Below the pieces are notes generated by a model, which made no database searches, was not told the DNA's origin, and was given only the letters and a program-made list of their open reading frames with translations. A stretch of 53,057 nucleotides of DNA, filler included, from Dirinaria sp. TL-2023a (taxonomy: Eukaryota): assembly GCA_051941275.1 (NCBI GenBank). It is 3 parts of 3 records of this genome, joined end to end, with 100 filler letters (N's around TTAATTAATTAA, not from the genome) between each part and the next. Parts side by side here need not be neighbours in the genome. Positions count along the whole stretch, not along the records: positions 17,728 to 35,353 come from JAVEBF010000421.1; 2 more parts are not named here. One strand, written 5' to 3'. Shown piece by piece: positions 24,556 through 35,453 of this stretch. Each line of letters begins with the position of its first letter. Within the stretch, counting starts at the first letter, position 1. Position numbers and translations under genes: made by a program.

Positions 24556-27500
24556 ATGGAGGGTCCGAGACCGCTCGGGAGCCCACTGCACAGGCCAGTG
24601 GGCGAGCCGGACATTATGAACGATCCGGCCTTCGATAGCAAGCACAAGAGCATGGAAGACCAGGACACTTGCAGAATATGTCGTGGCGAGGGCTCCAAAG
24701 AGGAACCTCTGTTCTACCCTTGCAAGTGCAGTGGTAGCATCAAATTCGTTCACCAGAACTGCTTGGTCGAATGGCTGTCCCATTCGCAGAAAAAGCATTG
24801 CGAGCTGTGCAAGACACCCTTTCGCTTCACCAAACTCTACTCTCCACAGATGCCCAACACCGTTCCAATCCTCATCTTCCTGCGTCAGGCCGCCGTCCAC
24901 ACGTACCGTAGCCTTCTGACCTGGTCACGTTTCCAGATCGTCTTCTTTGTGTGGGTTGTCTGGTTGCCGTGGTCGATGCGGTCACTATGGCGGGGGTTGT
25001 TCTGGTTTGGCGACGGCGGCTGGATTACATGGCAGGAAGCCGAACGACGAGCAATGTCTGTGGCTCGAGAACAGATGGACAAGCTCGCTGCTGAAGGAAC
25101 CACCCCCGCTGGGCTGGATGTATTTGCGTCTAGAGAGACTGCTGCTGCTGCCGTGGTCTCTCAGGTGGCAAATGCAATACCACATTTTCTATCCCCACTA
25201 TCCACTACTTTGAATTACAGTGGTGGCCCGCTTGTGTTCAGGTTCGGGAAGAAGCTCTTTCGTATTATCACAGGCATGGCCTCCAATCAGACGAGTCCAA
25301 TTGGATCTCAACCCTCGCCAGTGAATTACACCAATGCCACAAATCTCGACCAGTACCCTTCGACCTTGCTTTCTGATTTTATTTTTCTACGGAACTTTAC
25401 GCGGTTTCCCAAGGTCAATCGCATGCTCATTGATATGCTCGAGGGGCAACTCATCACACTCTTTGTTGTCGTAGCGTTCATCCTAATTTTCCTCATTCGC
25501 GAATGGGTCGTGCAACAGCAACCTGCAATTAACCTCCCAGCAGCTATTGATGCAGGCCCTCCGGAACAGAGGAATCCGGCGGCGCTTGAGCAAGCCCCAG
25601 TGCAGAATGCAGAACCACAGGCCGAGGTCCAAGTAGACGAACAATCAGCAGAGACTTCCAACCAAGCGCTGGATGCAGAGTCAGAACAACCAATGCAGGA
25701 CTTACCTCGACAAGCACGCTTGCAAGGGAATCTACATAGAGGTGAGGCCAGTGAAGGCCCAGACGAGGAATCTCTCAGTAGGACGCCCAGGCAGGATACC
25801 GAGGCCGCGGAGCTTCCCCCCCTCGGTCAAAAAGATGCTGCGGAGCTAGAGCAGGTGGTGCGTGAAAATTTAGGCACGATTTCGCCAGTAGACGCTGAAC
25901 TTTCTGGTGCTCAGCTAAGGCCCAGCATGCCCAGCAGGGATTCCATCGCCAGAGCTGCGGAAATTCGGCGTACGCTTGACGAGGAGTCTCGAGCCTCTGG
26001 ACAAAAAGACTGGCCTGGTTTAAGAATCTTCATGGACCTTTGGACTCGTGCTGAACGAAAGCCGAGCGAGGTACTCAAGATCATCGATGAAGAAGGTCGC
26101 ACTGAAGAACTTCGATGGATCGTCAACGCGATGAAGAAGTTGGAAAACGGTCGGAATACTGAGGTTGCCTCGCCCGTACATGACACCGTCGATGCGAATG
26201 CTTGTCAAGAGAGGGTGGACAATATGGAGCGCCAGTCCGCAAGTGAAGATGAAGGAGAATCTATCAATACGGCTTCAGAAGACTTGAGGGATGATTTCTG
26301 GCGAACCGTGAGAGTGGACGAGCTGTCTGCGGAGACCGAAAACAGTCGCAAGTCTCGATCGAGTCCATTTTCCTATTCTAATATCAAATTCGGAGAAGAA
26401 ACGGGAGAAGGCCAGCATGCTAGCCTAAGAGATATCAGTAACCAGCAAGTTGATGGAAATGCCTCACCGCCACCCTCACATCGGAGTCATTTTGTGAAAG
26501 GTGATTCAGATAGTGATTTCGTCGTCGTTGGCAAAGCCAGCCAGGGTTCAAGTGCCTCAAGCCCCTTCCAACCGAATACGCCTGCAATAGAAAACGAAGA
26601 TAATCCATTCAATCCGGAGTCGTTCGAAAGTACAGCATCTGAAACTGTGGCACCGATAGGCAACATCAATGCAGATCTTATAACAGACATTCGCCAACAA
26701 CTTGAGGATCAAGAGCAAGACATTTTGACACAGCCAGACGAGCGGAATCTTCTACAATCAAACCCTAACGAAGACACCGATGCGCATGTGAACCAACAGC
26801 CGGATATTATCTCTGAAGAAAGCCCTACCAACGAAGCTCCTCGTGCGTCTGAAACAAGGCCGGGTTATATCGAGCTTATAGTAAATTGGCTATGGGGGGA
26901 AGTACCGTCCTCCCCAGAGCGCAATCATCAAAACCAGGGTGCAGACGATGAGCGCGTGGTGGACAATATCGACGAAGAGGCACCATTCGTGCCGGTCGCC
27001 CATGGACAGCCTGTGATTGGGGATGGGGATAATCAAGGACAAGCAGAACCCGGCCCCGATCCTGAAGTCATCAATGCTGCATTAGCGGCCGGAGTTGACC
27101 CCAACGAAGCTGAAGCCGTAGAAGACGCCGAGGATTTGGAGGGAATCATGGAGTTAGTCGGGATGCAAGGACCTATCGTCGGTCTTATTCAAAACGGCAT
27201 GTTCTGTGCGGTCATTGTCTCCCTGACGATATTCTTCGGCATTTGGATCCCTTACATGGCCGGCAAGGTTTTCCTGGTCTTCTTAGCCAATCCAGTCTCG
27301 CTACTTATCGTGACACCTCTGCGATGGGCTTCCGGCTGTGCGGATTTTGTCATCGATGTCCTCATGTTCGGCGCCGGTTGTTCATATTATTGGATCGACG
27401 TCGTAATACGTTTCCTCTGCAGTCCCTTGGGGGTAATCATCCCACCACTAGGTCAAATCAGTCAGAATGGGCTTCTAGCGGAGAGTGCTAAGGGTATTGC

Positions 27501-29865
27501 TGAAAATGCGCTTGACCGTCTTGCGAGGTCGTTTGTCTCGATGAGTGGGAGCATTTTGGAGTCGGATATTCCAACCTTCTCGGTAATAGCTCGTGAATCA
27601 CTCCACACCATCCAGCAACGGGGCACGGATACTGTAAGCGCCGTCACCAACTCTTTCAACGACATATTTGCCGCCCCTTTCTTAAGTGGTGTCGCTGGAA
27701 ATCTTCTCACAATTGGCGATGGTATAAGGAATAACACTATCGTGCTTACCAGCCTACTCGCGACACAACTATCTGGCTGGAAGCCCACCATACATTCCAT
27801 TGACCTTCTGAACCCACTCAACATCAGTTTATCCGTTCCATCACGCACGATACCTTACGACTTTACGCTAGCATGCTGGGATAGCAAAGACCGGGCAATT
27901 GCCATAGTTCTTGGGTACGTCTACCTCGGTTTGGCGGGTCTTGCATACCTCGACTTCAGTAGCGCAATGCGCGGGAAAAATGCTGCCGGCAAGGTCGAAG
28001 GCACAATAGCAGACATCCTGTACCAGGCCGGAGGTGTGCTTAAAGTGATTCTAATTATCAGCATTGAGATGATTGTGTTTCCGCTCTTCTGCGGCCTACT
28101 CCTTGACGTGGCGCTGCTGCCACTTTTCAGAGACGCAACTCTCATTTCACGACTCGACTTTTCTCTGACATCGCCATACACGTCGCTGTTTATCCACTGG
28201 TTCGTCGGTACATGTTATATGTTTCACTTTGCACTCTTCGTCTCCATGTGCCGCGGTATCATGCGTAAAGGAGTACTGTACTTTATCCGGGATCCTGACG
28301 ACCCTACATTTCATCCTGTACGGGACGTGCTGGAATGCAGTGTCATAACCCAGCTTCGCAAAATTATCTTCAGTGCCGTCGTGTATGGCGGCTTGGTTTT
28401 GATATGCCTCGGTGGCGTAGTCTGGGGGATCTCTTACTCCTTTCCAACCCTTTTCCCCGTTCACTGGTCATCTAATGAACCGGTGCTGGAATTCCCCGTC
28501 GACCTGATTTTCTATAACTTTTTGATGCCCGTGGCTGTGAGGGTCTTCAGACCCTCTAACGTGCTTAAACAGATCTACACATGGTGGTTCCGCCGATGTG
28601 CGCGTGCGCTGCGATTGTCAAACTTTCTCTTTGGGGAGAAGAAAGACGACGAAGAGGGCCATCACGTGCGACGAACCTGGGGCGCTTCCTTCTACCGCCG
28701 CAAAGGAGATCCGGCTCGGCCTGTGATAGACGAGGACCACCGCATTCTCCTCGAAGACCGTGGCACGGACGTTTATTTCCTGCACGACGGTCGATATGTG
28801 CGTACGCCTGCATCCGACCAGGTGCGTATGCCGAGGGGTGTGCCTACTTTTTTGGAGGTCAGCGAGGATGATATCCGGCTTGATGGTCTCGAGGATAGGA
28901 TGCAGGGGACGCACGGGAAGGAAAACGGACAATTCTGCAAAGTTTACATTCCACCATTTTTCCGAGTGAGGATATGTGCCTTCATTTTCCTCATATGGCT
29001 GTTCGCCGCTACAACGGGTGTTGGTGCTACAGTGTTCCCTCTCGTTATCGGTCGCTCCATTTTTAGGCAGCTCATGCCAGAAGAGGCTGAGATGAACGAC
29101 GTCTATGCTTTCAGCATTGGCATCTACCTCGTCGGCGGGCTTCTCTATGCAAGCAGGCACTGCCGCACAATCATAGCTTCGTTGCGCACCAATCTTACGC
29201 CCTCACCCGCTTCGAACACAGCGACTTTCTTCCACCGCTTCCACACCTACGCACTCCGGACCGCCTCGGTGGTGTATACATACACAAATTTCCTCCTTGT
29301 CTTTCCACTACTATTCTCCGCGTTGCTCGAAGCCTACATATTCATACCGCTATTCGTTCATTTTTCTGACCACCCTTCTAAACCGCCCAGGCCAAACTCA
29401 ACTCACACCATATATCTAATTCAGGACTGGGTCCTCGGCATACTCTACGTTAAAATCATCGGACAGTTGGTCCTATTCTTCGAGCCAAACCGACCAGCAA
29501 CAGCACTCCGGGGTATCGTCAGGAGAGGGTGGACGAATCCTGATGCTAGGCTTGCGACTCGCGCCTTCGTCCTGCCTGCCGCGGTCTTCATGACGGTGGC
29601 ATTGGGCCTTCCCCTGGGACTGGGCTGGATGGCAAACACCGCCTTTTTCCAAGGGAGCGAGGACACGGTGCGCAGTAACGTGTACCGGTATAGTTACCCC
29701 GCTGTTCATGCTACCGTCTTGATAGCAACCAGCGTGTGGGCGCTTGGCAGAGTCTTCCAGAGCTGGAAGGGAAAGATTCGGGACGAGGTCTATCTCATTG
29801 GCGAACGCTTGCATAATTTTGGGGAGAAAAGGGTTCCTGGGGGCCGGCGGGTTGATACAAGGTGA
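24556..29865 (+). CDS. DOA10: ERAD E3 ubiquitin ligase Doa10/MARCH6, intronless
   Basis: RING-CH CRICRGEG...PCKCSGSIKFVHQNCL..W...CELC; TEB4-Doa10 domain LFIHWFVGTCYMFHFALFV...GVLYFIRDPDDP; C-terminal IRDEVYLIGERLHNF; many TM segments. Confidence 0.96.
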   Translation: MEGPRPLGSPLHRPVGEPDIMNDPAFDSKHKSMEDQDTCRICRGEGSKEEPLFYPCKCSGSIKFVHQNCLVEWLSHSQKKHCELCKTPFRFTKLYSPQMPNTVPILIFLRQAAVHTYRSLLTWSRFQIVFFVWVVWLPWSMRSLWRGLFWFGDGGWITWQEAERRAMSVAREQMDKLAAEGTTPAGLDVFASRETAAAAVVSQVANAIPHFLSPLSTTLNYSGGPLVFRFGKKLFRIITGMASNQTSPIGSQPSPVNYTNATNLDQYPSTLLSDFIFLRNFTRFPKVNRMLIDMLEGQLITLFVVVAFILIFLIREWVVQQQPAINLPAAIDAGPPEQRNPAALEQAPVQNAEPQAEVQVDEQSAETSNQALDAESEQPMQDLPRQARLQGNLHRGEASEGPDEESLSRTPRQDTEAAELPPLGQKDAAELEQVVRENLGTISPVDAELSGAQLRPSMPSRDSIARAAEIRRTLDEESRASGQKDWPGLRIFMDLWTRAERKPSEVLKIIDEEGRTEELRWIVNAMKKLENGRNTEVASPVHDTVDANACQERVDNMERQSASEDEGESINTASEDLRDDFWRTVRVDELSAETENSRKSRSSPFSYSNIKFGEETGEGQHASLRDISNQQVDGNASPPPSHRSHFVKGDSDSDFVVVGKASQGSSASSPFQPNTPAIENEDNPFNPESFESTASETVAPIGNINADLITDIRQQLEDQEQDILTQPDERNLLQSNPNEDTDAHVNQQPDIISEESPTNEAPRASETRPGYIELIVNWLWGEVPSSPERNHQNQGADDERVVDNIDEEAPFVPVAHGQPVIGDGDNQGQAEPGPDPEVINAALAAGVDPNEAEAVEDAEDLEGIMELVGMQGPIVGLIQNGMFCAVIVSLTIFFGIWIPYMAGKVFLVFLANPVSLLIVTPLRWASGCADFVIDVLMFGAGCSYYWIDVVIRFLCSPLGVIIPPLGQISQNGLLAESAKGIAENALDRLARSFVSMSGSILESDIPTFSVIARESLHTIQQRGTDTVSAVTNSFNDIFAAPFLSGVAGNLLTIGDGIRNNTIVLTSLLATQLSGWKPTIHSIDLLNPLNISLSVPSRTIPYDFTLACWDSKDRAIAIVLGYVYLGLAGLAYLDFSSAMRGKNAAGKVEGTIADILYQAGGVLKVILIISIEMIVFPLFCGLLLDVALLPLFRDATLISRLDFSLTSPYTSLFIHWFVGTCYMFHFALFVSMCRGIMRKGVLYFIRDPDDPTFHPVRDVLECSVITQLRKIIFSAVVYGGLVLICLGGVVWGISYSFPTLFPVHWSSNEPVLEFPVDLIFYNFLMPVAVRVFRPSNVLKQIYTWWFRRCARALRLSNFLFGEKKDDEEGHHVRRTWGASFYRRKGDPARPVIDEDHRILLEDRGTDVYFLHDGRYVRTPASDQVRMPRGVPTFLEVSEDDIRLDGLEDRMQGTHGKENGQFCKVYIPPFFRVRICAFIFLIWLFAATTGVGATVFPLVIGRSIFRQLMPEEAEMNDVYAFSIGIYLVGGLLYASRHCRTIIASLRTNLTPSPASNTATFFHRFHTYALRTASVVYTYTNFLLVFPLLFSALLEAYIFIPLFVHFSDHPSKPPRPNSTHTIYLIQDWVLGILYVKIIGQLVLFFEPNRPATALRGIVRRGWTNPDARLATRAFVLPAAVFMTVALGLPLGLGWMANTAFFQGSEDTVRSNVYRYSYPAVHATVLIATSVWALGRVFQSWKGKIRDEVYLIGERLHNFGEKRVPGGRRVDTR

Positions 29866-30321
29866 TGGATGGTCAAACAGTTGGGGGCGTATCGGTGGAT
29901 CGGGCATGCATCATATGGTTTCGCTCTTGTGTAGCAAGGTGCAGTACAATGAGGGGAAGACCTCTATATTCTTAGCTGAAGCTAAGATTCCAAGGCTAGA
30001 AGCACATTTAAGTCCGTTGTTCATGTGCCGTAAAGTGTATGTCAGTATTTTCCTTTATGCAAGTAAGATTATAATCAGGCGTGATTTACTGACTGAAGCA
30101 GGCAGCCCTTGATCTAGGGTTCTTTCAGGGCTTTGCGGGTCAATCACCTCCAGCTCAGATGCACAACCTCGACCATTCACGTACTTGTACCAATCTGAAG
30201 TTCATAATAAGATCAAGGTCATCAGCAATTGCTACACAGACTACTGCAGAAGTAGCACTCGGCTATGTAAGCAGATTCTCGTGTCCTTGGTTCCACGTAT
30301 TGCTTGAGCCGGTGGTTGTTG

Positions 30322-31896
30322 ATGCCACGCAAGAGAGCGCCCAAGTACACCAAACCAGCCACAGCTCCTCATCCATCTCTTACATCGTCCCTCAACAGCA
30401 AAGATAGTCCCCGCGCATCGGCAGCCGAGTCAAGCCCCAGAAGCAGCTCTGTCAACGACCTCATACAGCAATACCGTCGCAACCATGTCTCCAAGCTACC
30501 GGAGCAAACACGAGATGACGTCAATCCGCATACCGTTCACCCTTCCCTCAGAGCGATTCTCCATGTACCTGACACACCAGCACCCCGACCTCGGCCCGGC
30601 ATGCGCGTCGTCGGTGGTCGACGTGGCAGACTCCCGGCAGGACCTCCACCTCCGCACAGCTGGCTAAGGACCGGGACTCGAGCATCAACCGGTTCTTTCA
30701 AGATAAGAGACGGAATGAACAAGTCCGCACTCAAGCATGTCGGTAGTCTTCCTGATCTAAAGCTGCCCGAAAAGAGGTCACTCTTGGACATGACGCTGAA
30801 GGCACTGGCGCGAAATTGGTCCTGGCATCAGGAATATGATCAGTTCTACCTTGCCACGTTACCAATACGCCACAAAGAGGCACTTATTGCCTACATCGCC
30901 TTTTATAATCCTCAAAACCTCGATTTCAGGGGTTTGGATTTGCTGTTTTTGGATGACGAAGAACTGGAAGATGCAACAGGAAGCGAAACCGTGACTCATC
31001 TCGACTTCGCTTCGGCCATTGGCGCTGCTATCAATCTAAGAGATATGCCTGGTTTCTTAACCAAGAAGCAGCCGGTATCGGGGGCAAAGCAGGATACATT
31101 GCAGCATGGAGACGTTCCAGAATCATGGGACACCTTTTCAGCAAACATACCGGCGGCAATCTCTGTCTCACGATTTCCCTCCCTAACCCACCTTTCACTG
31201 GCCCATGCGGCTGAACCTTCATGGAAACGGCTTTTAGCCATCTCGCCGCACCTAGTGACTCTGACTCATCTCTCGCTTGCATACTGGCCTATCCCTTCGT
31301 TGACTCCAAATGCGATTACTGCCTACCGAGAAACGCCTGCTGGTAACGTTGATTATGGGGCGTCGAACTTCTACAGTCTATTTGATGGTGACCTTGATGA
31401 GGCCGCGGGCGTTCTACGACGATTAAGCAAAACAACCTATTGCCTCCAATGGCTCGATCTCACTGGGTGTGGTGGGTGGATACAGGCACTGGCGCGGGAA
31501 GATGGAGCAGATTGGTGCGGTGCCTGGCGTGGGTTAGAGACTGTCAAGATAGGGCAAGGCTGGTTGCCAAGCATCATCGAAGAAGAAGGACCTCGATGGC
31601 AGGCGGTCGCTGAACGGAAGTTATCTGAGGACGAAGCGAGAGTGACCGGGGTGGGGAAAATGAGAGCCGAATTGAGTACATGGGTGAGTGGTGAAAACAT
31701 GATAAGCCGAATCGACAGAATTGTGAATGCTATGAGGTTGCACAGAGGGAACTCGTCCTCGACTGGCCACAACGTTGGCCCGAGGTTGAGCATAATTGAC
31801 TTTGATAGGGGATGGGATGATTGGTGGATTGCAGATGCTTTGACCAAGATTCAGTTGATGATGGCGACAGGCGAGGCAACGCAGATTGCTGTGTGA
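30322..31896 (+). CDS. Fungal protein of unknown function with LRR/RNI-like repeats, intronless
   Basis: 524-aa open frame from MPRKRAPKY; repeats VTHLDF, LTHLSL (twice), LQWLDL, LETVKI; Pro-rich GPPPPHSW. Confidence 0.8.
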   Translation: MPRKRAPKYTKPATAPHPSLTSSLNSKDSPRASAAESSPRSSSVNDLIQQYRRNHVSKLPEQTRDDVNPHTVHPSLRAILHVPDTPAPRPRPGMRVVGGRRGRLPAGPPPPHSWLRTGTRASTGSFKIRDGMNKSALKHVGSLPDLKLPEKRSLLDMTLKALARNWSWHQEYDQFYLATLPIRHKEALIAYIAFYNPQNLDFRGLDLLFLDDEELEDATGSETVTHLDFASAIGAAINLRDMPGFLTKKQPVSGAKQDTLQHGDVPESWDTFSANIPAAISVSRFPSLTHLSLAHAAEPSWKRLLAISPHLVTLTHLSLAYWPIPSLTPNAITAYRETPAGNVDYGASNFYSLFDGDLDEAAGVLRRLSKTTYCLQWLDLTGCGGWIQALAREDGADWCGAWRGLETVKIGQGWLPSIIEEEGPRWQAVAERKLSEDEARVTGVGKMRAELSTWVSGENMISRIDRIVNAMRLHRGNSSSTGHNVGPRLSIIDFDRGWDDWWIADALTKIQLMMATGEATQIAV

Positions 31897-33020
31897 CTGC
31901 CAAAAGTATCCCACTTACCAGCATTCAGTAGAACATTTCTAGTCAAAGTGTGGCATAATAAATGGGTCTTCGTCCTACAAACCTGCGTGAAAAAAGACGC
32001 AGCGTCGAGCCGTCGAACTAACACAAGTAGTCATCACTAGACCAAGGTTCCCGATCATGAGCTCTCAACCGCCTGCATGGACGCAATAAGATTCGTATGA
32101 GCTTGCAGCCGTCCTTCTACTGGATTTCCAAAATACTCATCTGGAACATCTAGATAATGATACAAGACAACATTGAGAGTACAGATCTTGAAAGATGTGA
32201 TATCAAAGGATCAGCGTAAGTGCTTTTCCATGCTAATGCGGAAAAGATACAGTAAACAGTACCGACTTAGTTCAAAGTTGAAAGGAAAAACGGATGCAGG
32301 GAGCGAGAAACCAAAAAAACACTGTTAGAGCAGACACCAATCAATACGGCCCTTTTAAACGGTTGGAATGACCGACAGACTCAAGAGACTTGATGGAAAG
32401 ATAGTATAATCGATGTGATCCTACATCTCAGCCAATTGTTCGTCGCACTCTACGCAGCGTACAATATCCACAGTAGGCATCTGTATCAATTTGCGCTCTG
32501 CACTTACCTGATCGTTTTGTGCTACTTTACCGGCGAGGAGCTGGTTTTTGGCACAATGAAAATTGGGAGAGAGAGTGTGTCTTCGTTGTTTGTGGTAAAT
32601 ACCAGCGTCGTCTGGATGCTGAGCCAGTGATCGTTCTATGTGGAATGAACCCGTCGGTGAACCTCGAATCAGGACTGAGAAACCTCAAATATTTGGGAGT
32701 TCTCAGCTGAAAGCTCCAAAAAAAATAGCGAAGTTTGAAATTGTGTGCTGGTTTAGAACGTCTACAATAATTCGCTCCGGATATAATTTCGTGTCTATAA
32801 GAGAAGTGCTGATATTTGCTCCACTTAAGGACAGATTATGAATACACCGAAGATTTTGCTTCGAGCACAAAGATTATGAAGCTCCATTGATACCACAGGA
32901 AACAAAAATTCTTGGGCAAGAAATATAGATACATCACCAACCGAACTGGGATGCTCAGGAACGAGCACCGGTTTCTTTGCAGGGACATAGATTCTTCGGG
33001 TTTTTACTGCCTAGAAACCG

Positions 33021-33673
33021 ATGGCACTAGCACAATATAGGAGCACAAAACATCTGCTAAGCGATTTTGAGACGTTTCCTAGACCCAATATGGAGATAAC
33101 TGGAGCAAAGATTGGGGGCGACCATGATCTAAGATCTGCGAAACACTCATCTCGACCTCGGCTGGCGTGCTTGTGAGACTGTATACCCTCGTCTTCACAG
33201 TCCCGTTGGCAATTTAGAGAAGTAAGGCAAATAATCAACAAGTATAAGTTCCCATATCATTATTGAGACATTTCTCCTCCTTGACTTCAGGACGGGCCGA
33301 ACACTTGTAGAGTACCTTAAGTACGGACTACACGTAAAGAGGACAATGAAAAAATTAGCCCGCGAAATCGAAGCGCACCAATCGCAGGGCCAACGGCGGG
33401 AGTGGCCTCGCCTCTTGAAACCGTAGGTCAGATTACACTTCTCTTTCTCCCATTTTGTGTTTCAAATTCATGTCTTCATTATTTATATTTAGTATGTACT
33501 CAGACGATGAAGAACTTGAGCATCGAATTTCTCCGCAGCAAGAGCTTGACACAATACGGAAATATGTCGCTCATGAAAGATATGAGTAAAATCCAGCGTC
33601 TACCAGCCTTATTGAGGAGCGCACAGATCGCGCTCTCTGGACTCCAAAAAATCCAATTCACAGATCCAAACTT
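33021..33673 (+). pseudogene. Probable decayed multi-exon gene of unknown family
   Basis: Two phase-2 GT-AG introns (33242-33290, 33423-33492) join one frame of ~180 codons interrupted by single stops TGA (33174) and TAA (33587); further donor GTGAGT at 33674. Confidence 0.35.
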
Positions 33674-33897
33674 GTGAGTGAAATACTTTTGTACATATAG
33701 CCTAGATATATGCAAGATGTGCGTATATACTCAAAAACCGCAATGCCGAAGAAAAAGAGAGGACGTGCCGTACTCAGCACCAAAAAGCCAATAAACTACA
33801 ATACCCGATTGCATCATCGAACGCAATTCCCATCATTAACCACCCTTTTGTCCCCCTCGCAGTCGCCCACCCATCGTCGGTTATGCGATCACCACAA

Positions 33898-34356
33898 TCA
33901 ACATGCCACATACAAACAATTCTGGCACTGGCAGCCGGGCTGATAGTACTGCGACGGGGGACCACACTGCAAGCATCCCGAGGCATCGGTGCTCGCCCCG
34001 CTGTAATTCGAGCTCTCGCCTTGAACAGCGCCGGATGTAGGTGCGGTTCCGGAGGTAGATTGTCCGGCGGCTTTGCCTGGATGCAATAATGAATCAGCTC
34101 TTTCTCTCCTCTTACTCTCCTTTTTCCCTTTTCTCCTTCTTCATCCTCTTCTCGTCCTTCTTTTGAGCAAGAATAAATGAGTGAGGATGTAACGTCACGT
34201 ACAAGCAGCAAGAGCATTATTCAGCGCCGTCGTATCCCCAATCGCGGCCGCGTTCGTTGCCGCGGTGCAATCGCCGAACGTCTGCGCGGGCAGAGCCATA
34301 GTGGCGGGAGCAAGCAGGAGCGCTGCGAAGAAGGGGGCGAGGGAGGCGGTCTTCAT
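33898..34356 (-). CDS. Small secreted cysteine-rich protein (110 aa, 8 Cys), 2 exons
   Basis: Exon 34356-34203 (MKTASLAPFFAALLLAPATMA-LP signal peptide), intron GTACGT...GCTGAT...CAG, exon 34076-33898 ending CLQCGPPSQYYQPGCQCQNCLYVAC*; 333 nt in frame. Confidence 0.85.
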
Positions 34357-35126
34357 TTTTTTTTTCCCCCTTCTAAGTTTTCCTGCGAAGGTAAGGCGGT
34401 TTGGAGGGTTTTGAGAAATTTAGGTGCGGTGGAATGGTTTCTGTGACGCCGCTGGATATTCGTGGAGGTGCAAGAGAAAGAGAGAGAGAGTGTGTGTGTG
34501 GCTTTGAAGACTGATAGCAATGCTACTTCGAAGACGAGGCAGAGAGCTGCCTCTTATAACCCACAGATGATACCATTCCCTCCCCTGCATTCGAAAAAAA
34601 ATCATCTTCATAAGACCCCAAGCGCACCCTCACCATCTGCCCCCATCCCTACTTCCTAGTAAAGCAATGCACTTCACGCCTCAGCTCCAAATCAGGGAGG
34701 GCATAAAACAGCAATGTTCCACTCTGAAGCCCGCGGGACACGTTTCGAAACCCGTATCTCCTCTGCTAGCCCGCGCAGGTCCTGCTTTCCCGTGAACTCA
34801 TTTCAAAGCTGATCCTCTCGGTCAGGGTATGGTGATTTTTGGGTCTGGTATGCAATAATGCACGGGCTATGGGTGTATTGTTCTACTTCGAGACGGGGGC
34901 TCTGAAATGAGGGTCATGTTTTAGAAGGGGGGTTTTATGGCTGGTGGTCGTGGGGGGTAGGTTAGGGTTTGAAATCTTTAGGAGGGAGGGGCGGGATATA
35001 TGTCTTTTTTTTATTTAATGAATAATAGGAGATTGAAGATACAAGCGTGCTAGGCTTATCTAATACAGTGATTGATCTATAAATATATCTTACGAGTACA
35101 TACAATTTCACAAACCATGGGAAACC

Positions 35127-35159
<33 letters not shown>

Positions 35160-35353
35160 CTGGATCCCGGTCATTTCTCTCCCTCCCTTTCGCCATTCCC
35201 AATCAACCACAACTATCAAACCTCACCAGAGATTCAAAACCCTCCTCTACTTACGCTCAGAGGAGCGGTCACAAAATGTCTAAGATCTGAATGCATAAGA
35301 TACAGCGGGCTGAAACAAACAGGCTTGAGGAATGAAGGGGAACGGGACGGGAC

Positions 35354-35453
35354 NNNNNNNNNNNNNNNNNNNNNNNNNNNNNNNNNNNNNNNNNNNNTTA
35401 ATTAATTAANNNNNNNNNNNNNNNNNNNNNNNNNNNNNNNNNNNNNNNNNNNN
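35354..35453. other. Artificial contig linker (44 N + TTAATTAATTAA + 44 N)
   Basis: Same 100-nt design as 17628-17727. Confidence 0.97.
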
